DNA of 2,827 nucleotides from Enterobacteria phage CUS-3: sequence record FN394998.1; one strand, 5' to 3'. Shown piece by piece: positions 1 to 2,827 of this stretch (position 1 is its first letter; each line of letters starts with the position of its first letter). The notes under the pieces were generated by a model. It saw only the letters and a program-made list of their open reading frames with translations, ran no database searches and was not told where the DNA came from. The position numbers and the translations under genes were made by a program.

Positions 1-543
1 ATGGCACGCCCAACAAAGTATCAAGAGGCGTATGCCGAACAGGCACGCAAACTGTGCTTGCTGGGCTACACCGATGCAGAACTTGCTGATTTCTTTGAAG
101 TCAGTGAGTCAACTATTAACAAGTGGAAGCTTGATTATCCTGAGTTTTCGGAGTCCATAAAAAAGGGTAAGGCCGTCGCTGATGCAGAAGTTAGTGATCG
201 TCTTTATCAACGCGCTATGGGCTTCGTGGCTCCAGATATCGATATTCGTGTTATTGAAAACAGAATTGTCGAAACTCCGCTTGAGAAGTATTACCCGCCT
301 GATACAACCGCTGCCATTTTCTGGCTTAAGAACCGACAGAAGGATAAATGGCGCGACAAGGTTGATCACGAGCTAACAGGCAAAGACGGCGGCGCAATTC
401 AGATTGAAACATCACCGATGAGCACTCTATTCGGAAAANNNNNNNNNNNNNNNNNNNNNNNNNNNNNNNNNNNNNNNNNNNNNNNNNNNNNNNNNNNNNN
501 NNNNNNNNNNNNNNNNNNNNNNNNNNNNNNNNNNNNNNTCTGA
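1..543 (+). CDS. Phage small terminase subunit (TerS-like, HTH DNA-binding); ORF spans masked bases 439-538, stop TGA at 541-543
   Basis: ATG at 1 and 180-aa ORF in the supplied track. N-terminal 'GYTDAELADFFEVSESTINKWKLDYPEFSESIKKGKAVADAEVSDRLYQRAMGF' followed by 'KYYPPDTTAAIFWLKNRQ' matches, from memory, the conserved layout of a widespread small-terminase family in Gram-negative prophages (HTH, then PEF, then YPPDT...WLKNR). Length of about 180 aa is typical. No search was run; 100 masked bases lie inside the ORF, so the C-terminal 35 aa and the exact stop are unverified. Confidence 0.6.
   Translation: MARPTKYQEAYAEQARKLCLLGYTDAELADFFEVSESTINKWKLDYPEFSESIKKGKAVADAEVSDRLYQRAMGFVAPDIDIRVIENRIVETPLEKYYPPDTTAAIFWLKNRQKDKWRDKVDHELTGKDGGAIQIETSPMSTLFGKXXXXXXXXXXXXXXXXXXXXXXXXXXXXXXXXXX
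64..126 (+). other. Predicted helix-turn-helix DNA-binding motif within the TerS-like protein (aa 22-42, GYTDAELADFFEVSESTINKW)
   Basis: Classic HTH pattern: a Gly turn start, a short first helix (TDAELADFF), the 'VS' turn and a recognition helix (ESTINKW) with an invariant Trp. Inferred from the sequence pattern only. Confidence 0.45.
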
Positions 544-1762
544 GCCATGTGTAAAATATTATGATGGCATTCTGTATCTGACGACCAGGGGGACATTAAG
601 TACTCAACCCGGTAGTTCATTGCACAGAAGCTCTGATTTAGGTACATCATGGAATTCTCTTCGCTTCCCAAATAATGTTCATCACTCAAACCTTCCTTTT
701 GCCAAAGTTGGCGATGAGCTGATTATTTTTGGCAGTGAGCGCGCATTTGGTGAGTGGGAAGGAGGAGAACCTGATAACCGTTATGCAGGAAACTATCCAA
801 GAACATTTATGACCAGAGTTAACGTCAATGAGTGGAGTCTGGATAATGTAGAGTGGGTTAATGTTACTGATCAGATTTATCAGGGCGGAATAGTTAACTC
901 TGCGGTTGGTGTTGGTTCAGTTTGTATCAAAGACAACTGGCTGTACTACATTTTCGGTGGGGAAGACTTTCTAAACCCATGGAGCATAGGGGATAACAAC
1001 AGAAAATATCCTTATGTTCACGATGGTCACNNNNNNNNNNNNNNNNNNNNNNNNNNNNNNNNNNNNNNNNNNNNNNNNNNNNNNNNNNNNNNNNNNNNNN
1101 NNNNNNNNNNNNNNNNNNNNNNNNNNNNNNNNNNNNNNNNNNNNNNNNNNNNNNNNNNNNNNNNNNNNNNNNNNNNNNNNNNNNNNNNNNNNNNNNNNNN
1201 NNNNNNNNNNNNNNNNNNNNNNNNNNNNNNNNNNNNNNNNNNNNNNNNNNNNNNNNNNNNNNNNNNNNNNNNNNNNNNNNNNNNNNNNNNNNNNNNNNNN
1301 NNNNNNNNNNNNNNNNNNNNNAGCGGCGGTGAAACAACGTCTTCAGCAGATGGTGCAATGATAACGTTGCATGGTTCCGGAAGCAGTACTCCACGTCGCG
1401 CGGTATATAACGCACTCGAACATCTTTTTGAGAACGGAGATGTTAAACCTTATCTTGATAATGTAAATGCTCTTGGTGGTCCGGGAAACAGGTTCTCGAT
1501 AGTTTATCTTGGCTCCAATCCTGTGGTTACCAGTGACGGAACATTAAAGACAGAGCCGGTCTCTCCTGACGAAACATTGCTGGATGCCTGGGGTGACGTC
1601 AGGTATATCGCTTATAAATGGCTGAACGCTGTCGCTATAAAGGGGGAAGAAGGGGCGAGGATACATCATGGTGTAATCGCGCAGCAACTTCGTGATGTTC
1701 TTATTTCTCACGGACTCATGGAAGAAGAAAGCACAACATGCCGCTATGCCTTTCTTTGCTAT
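539..1762 (+). CDS. Endosialidase-type tailspike (endo-N-acetylneuraminidase-like), partial; true start and stop are hidden in masked regions, internal 1031-1321 masked
   Basis: My own translation of the +2 phase (codons from 539): 'SEPCVKYYDGILYLTTRGTLSTQPGSSLHRSSDLGTSWNSLRFPNNVHHSNLPFAKVGDELIIFGSERAFGEWEGGEPDNRYAGNYPRTFMTRVNVNEWSLDNVEWVNVTDQIYQGGIVNSAVGVGSVCIKDNWLYYIFGGEDFLNPWSIGDNNRKYPYVHDGH', which contains a canonical Asp-box SSDLGTSW. After the mask (from 1322): '...NRFSIVYLGSNPVVTSDGTLKTEPVSPDETLLDAWGDVRYIAYKWLNAVAIKGEEGARIHHGVIAQQLRDVLISHGLMEEE...', which resembles the C-terminal intramolecular chaperone domain of endosialidases and related tail fibres. No stop occurs in this phase from 421 to 1762. 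It is absent from the ORF track only because no in-window stop exists. Confidence 0.8.
629..652 (+). other. Asp-box (bacterial neuraminidase repeat) S-x-D-x-G-x-T-W within the tailspike beta-propeller
   Basis: Codons agc tct gat tta ggt aca tca tgg encode SSDLGTSW, an exact match to the sialidase Asp-box consensus. Confidence 0.8.
1532..1762 (+). other. C-terminal intramolecular chaperone / autoproteolytic domain (peptidase S74-like) of the tailspike, N-terminal part; predicted self-cleavage just before Ser encoded at 1532-1534
   Basis: Motif V-V-T|S-D-G-T-L-K places Ser at position i and Lys at i+5, the spacing of the Ser/Lys catalytic dyad described for endosialidase C-terminal domains. 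The downstream 'GVIAQQL' stretch is typical of this domain. The remainder of the domain lies in masked 1763-2179. Confidence 0.65.
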
Positions 1763-2179
1763 NNNNNNNNNNNNNNNNNNNNNNNNNNNNNNNNNNNNNN
1801 NNNNNNNNNNNNNNNNNNNNNNNNNNNNNNNNNNNNNNNNNNNNNNNNNNNNNNNNNNNNNNNNNNNNNNNNNNNNNNNNNNNNNNNNNNNNNNNNNNNN
1901 NNNNNNNNNNNNNNNNNNNNNNNNNNNNNNNNNNNNNNNNNNNNNNNNNNNNNNNNNNNNNNNNNNNNNNNNNNNNNNNNNNNNNNNNNNNNNNNNNNNN
2001 NNNNNNNNNNNNNNNNNNNNNNNNNNNNNNNNNNNNNNNNNNNNNNNNNNNNNNNNNNNNNNNNNNNNNNNNNNNNNNNNNNNNNNNNNNNNNNNNNNNN
2101 NNNNNNNNNNNNNNNNNNNNNNNNNNNNNNNNNNNNNNNNNNNNNNNNNNNNNNNNNNNNNNNNNNNNNNNNNNNNNNN

Positions 2180-2827
2180 ATGTCGTTTTCCGTTGATGAT
2201 AATGGATCAGGTAATATTTTTGTATGTGGAGATCTTGTAAATAGCAAAGAGAATAAAGTTCAGTTCAATGGAAACAATAACAAACTTATTATAGAAGATG
2301 ATGTTGAGTGTCGATGGCTTACCGTAATATTTAGGGGTGATAATAATTACGTAAGAATACATAAAAACAGTAAGATTAAAGGTGATATTGTCGCAACAAA
2401 AGGTTCAAAAGTTATTATCGGTAGAAGAACGACAATAGGTGCAGGTTTTGAAGTCGTCACTGATAAGTGCAATGTTACAATTGGCCATGACTGCATGATA
2501 GCAAGAGATGTTATTTTGCGTGCATCAGATGGGCATCCTATATTTGATATTCATAGCAAAAAAAGGATTAATTGGGCAAAAGATATCATTATATCTAGTT
2601 ACGTATGGGTAGGGAGAAATGTCTCTATAATGAAAGGGGTATCTGTTGGAAGCGGATCTGTCATTGGGTATGGGAGTATTGTAACTAAAGATGTGCCATC
2701 TATGTGTGCAGCAGCCGGTAATCCAGCAAAAATAATAAAAAGAAATATAATATGGGCAAGAACGGATAAAGCGGAGCTAATTAGTGATGACAAGAGATGC
2801 TCCAGCTATCATGCGAAGCTCACGCAA
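2180..2827 (+). CDS. neuO: Hexapeptide-repeat (left-handed beta-helix) O-acetyltransferase, NeuO-like polysialic acid O-acetyltransferase; 3' end runs off the window; true start may lie upstream in masked 1763-2179
   Basis: My own translation from ATG 2180: 'MSFSVDDNGSGNIFVCGDLVNSKENKVQFNGNNNKLIIEDDVECRWLTVIFRGDNNYVRIHKNSKIKGDIVATKGSKVIIGRRTTIGAGFEVVTDKCNVTIGHDCMIARDVILRASDGHPIFDIHSKKRINWAKDIIISSYVWVGRNVSIMKGVSVGSGSVIGYGSIVTKDVPSMCAAAGNPAKIIKRNIIWARTDKAELISDDKRCSSYHAKLTQ'. It has imperfect hexapeptide repeats ([LIV]-G-x-x-x-x), a 'DGHP' catalytic-His motif and a C-terminal 'AGNPAKIIK' motif typical of LacA/Maa/NodL-type acetyltransferases. Counting from the Met at 2180 gives His119 (2534-2536) and Trp143 (2606-2608), which match my recollection of the residues reported as essential in NeuO; that recollection is unverified. 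Position directly downstream of an endosialidase tailspike fits the CUS-3 arrangement. GC is about 25-35% versus about 45-50% upstream. Confidence 0.75.
   Translation, partial: MSFSVDDNGSGNIFVCGDLVNSKENKVQFNGNNNKLIIEDDVECRWLTVIFRGDNNYVRIHKNSKIKGDIVATKGSKVIIGRRTTIGAGFEVVTDKCNVTIGHDCMIARDVILRASDGHPIFDIHSKKRINWAKDIIISSYVWVGRNVSIMKGVSVGSGSVIGYGSIVTKDVPSMCAAAGNPAKIIKRNIIWARTDKAELISDDKRCSSYHAKLTQ

Noticed and set aside
109-369. Minus-strand 86-aa ORF and the overlapping + strand 64-aa ORF (182..376) from the track
   Set aside because: Both lie entirely inside the well-supported TerS-like CDS in other frames, with low-complexity Leu/Ile/Ser-rich translations and no recognisable motifs; typical shadow ORFs.
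439-538. N-runs (439-538, 1031-1321, 1763-2179) as possible biological gaps or repeats
   Set aside because: These are masked or undetermined bases, not sequence features. They limit annotation of the TerS 3' end, the tailspike stalk, the tailspike stop and the acetyltransferase 5' region.
399-689. Minus-strand 96-aa ORF
   Set aside because: Antisense to the TerS 3' end and the tailspike propeller region and spans 100 masked bases translated as X; its apparent length is an artefact.
541-1030. Second Asp-box or a CRISPR/tandem repeat structure in the visible tailspike sequence
   Set aside because: Only one S-x-D-x-G-x-T-W motif (629-652) is visible. No direct repeats with regular spacing were seen by eye anywhere in the window, so no CRISPR array or tandem repeat is called.
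927-1415. Minus-strand 162-aa ORF and + strand 115-aa ORF (1014..1361)
   Set aside because: Mostly composed of the masked N-run 1031-1321 translated as X; the visible parts are antisense or out of frame to the tailspike coding phase, which carries clear domain signatures.
1692-2247. + strand ORFs 1692..2240 and 1738..2196 and minus-strand ORF 1759..2247
   Set aside because: Each is dominated by the masked run 1763-2179. The real coding phase on either side is the third + phase (tailspike C-terminal domain up to 1762, acetyltransferase from 2180), which the track omitted for lack of an in-window stop.
2558-2564. A7 homopolymer inside the acetyltransferase gene (and A-rich stretch about 2726-2750)
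   Set aside because: Seven adenines is short for a slipped-strand contingency tract and it encodes Lys-Lys in an AT-rich gene. Phase variation in this gene family is known to use heptanucleotide repeats at the 5' end instead.
2599-2793. Minus-strand 64-aa ORF
   Set aside because: Antisense to the hexapeptide acetyltransferase; hydrophobic low-complexity translation typical of the reverse strand of an AT-rich gene.

Overview
The window reads as a phage-derived, capsule-targeting module, all on the + strand, interrupted by three masked N-runs (439-538, 1031-1321, 1763-2179). (1) 1..543 is a complete-looking small terminase subunit (TerS-like, HTH-containing) ORF. (2) From at least 539 to 1762, in the +2 phase, is a partial endosialidase-type tailspike: a sialidase beta-propeller segment with an Asp-box (S-x-D-x-G-x-T-W), followed after the second mask by the C-terminal intramolecular-chaperone/autoproteolysis domain (peptidase S74-like, Ser...Lys dyad in 'TSDGTLK'). 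(3) From 2180 to the window edge is an AT-rich hexapeptide-repeat (left-handed beta-helix) O-acetyltransferase, best explained as a NeuO-like polysialic acid O-acetyltransferase, the lysogenic-conversion cargo gene found beside the endosialidase tailspike in E. coli K1 prophage CUS-3. The supplied ORF track omits the tailspike and acetyltransferase frames because that phase has no stop codon anywhere from 421 to 2827. The listed minus-strand ORFs and the short overlapping + ORFs look like shadows of the real genes or artefacts of N-runs translated as X. Points worth a second look are the non-canonical TerS-to-tailspike adjacency, the masked region just upstream of the acetyltransferase where a phase-variable heptanucleotide tract would be expected, and the sharp GC drop over the acetyltransferase gene. 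No rRNA, tRNA, CRISPR array or clear promoter/terminator can be supported from the visible bases.
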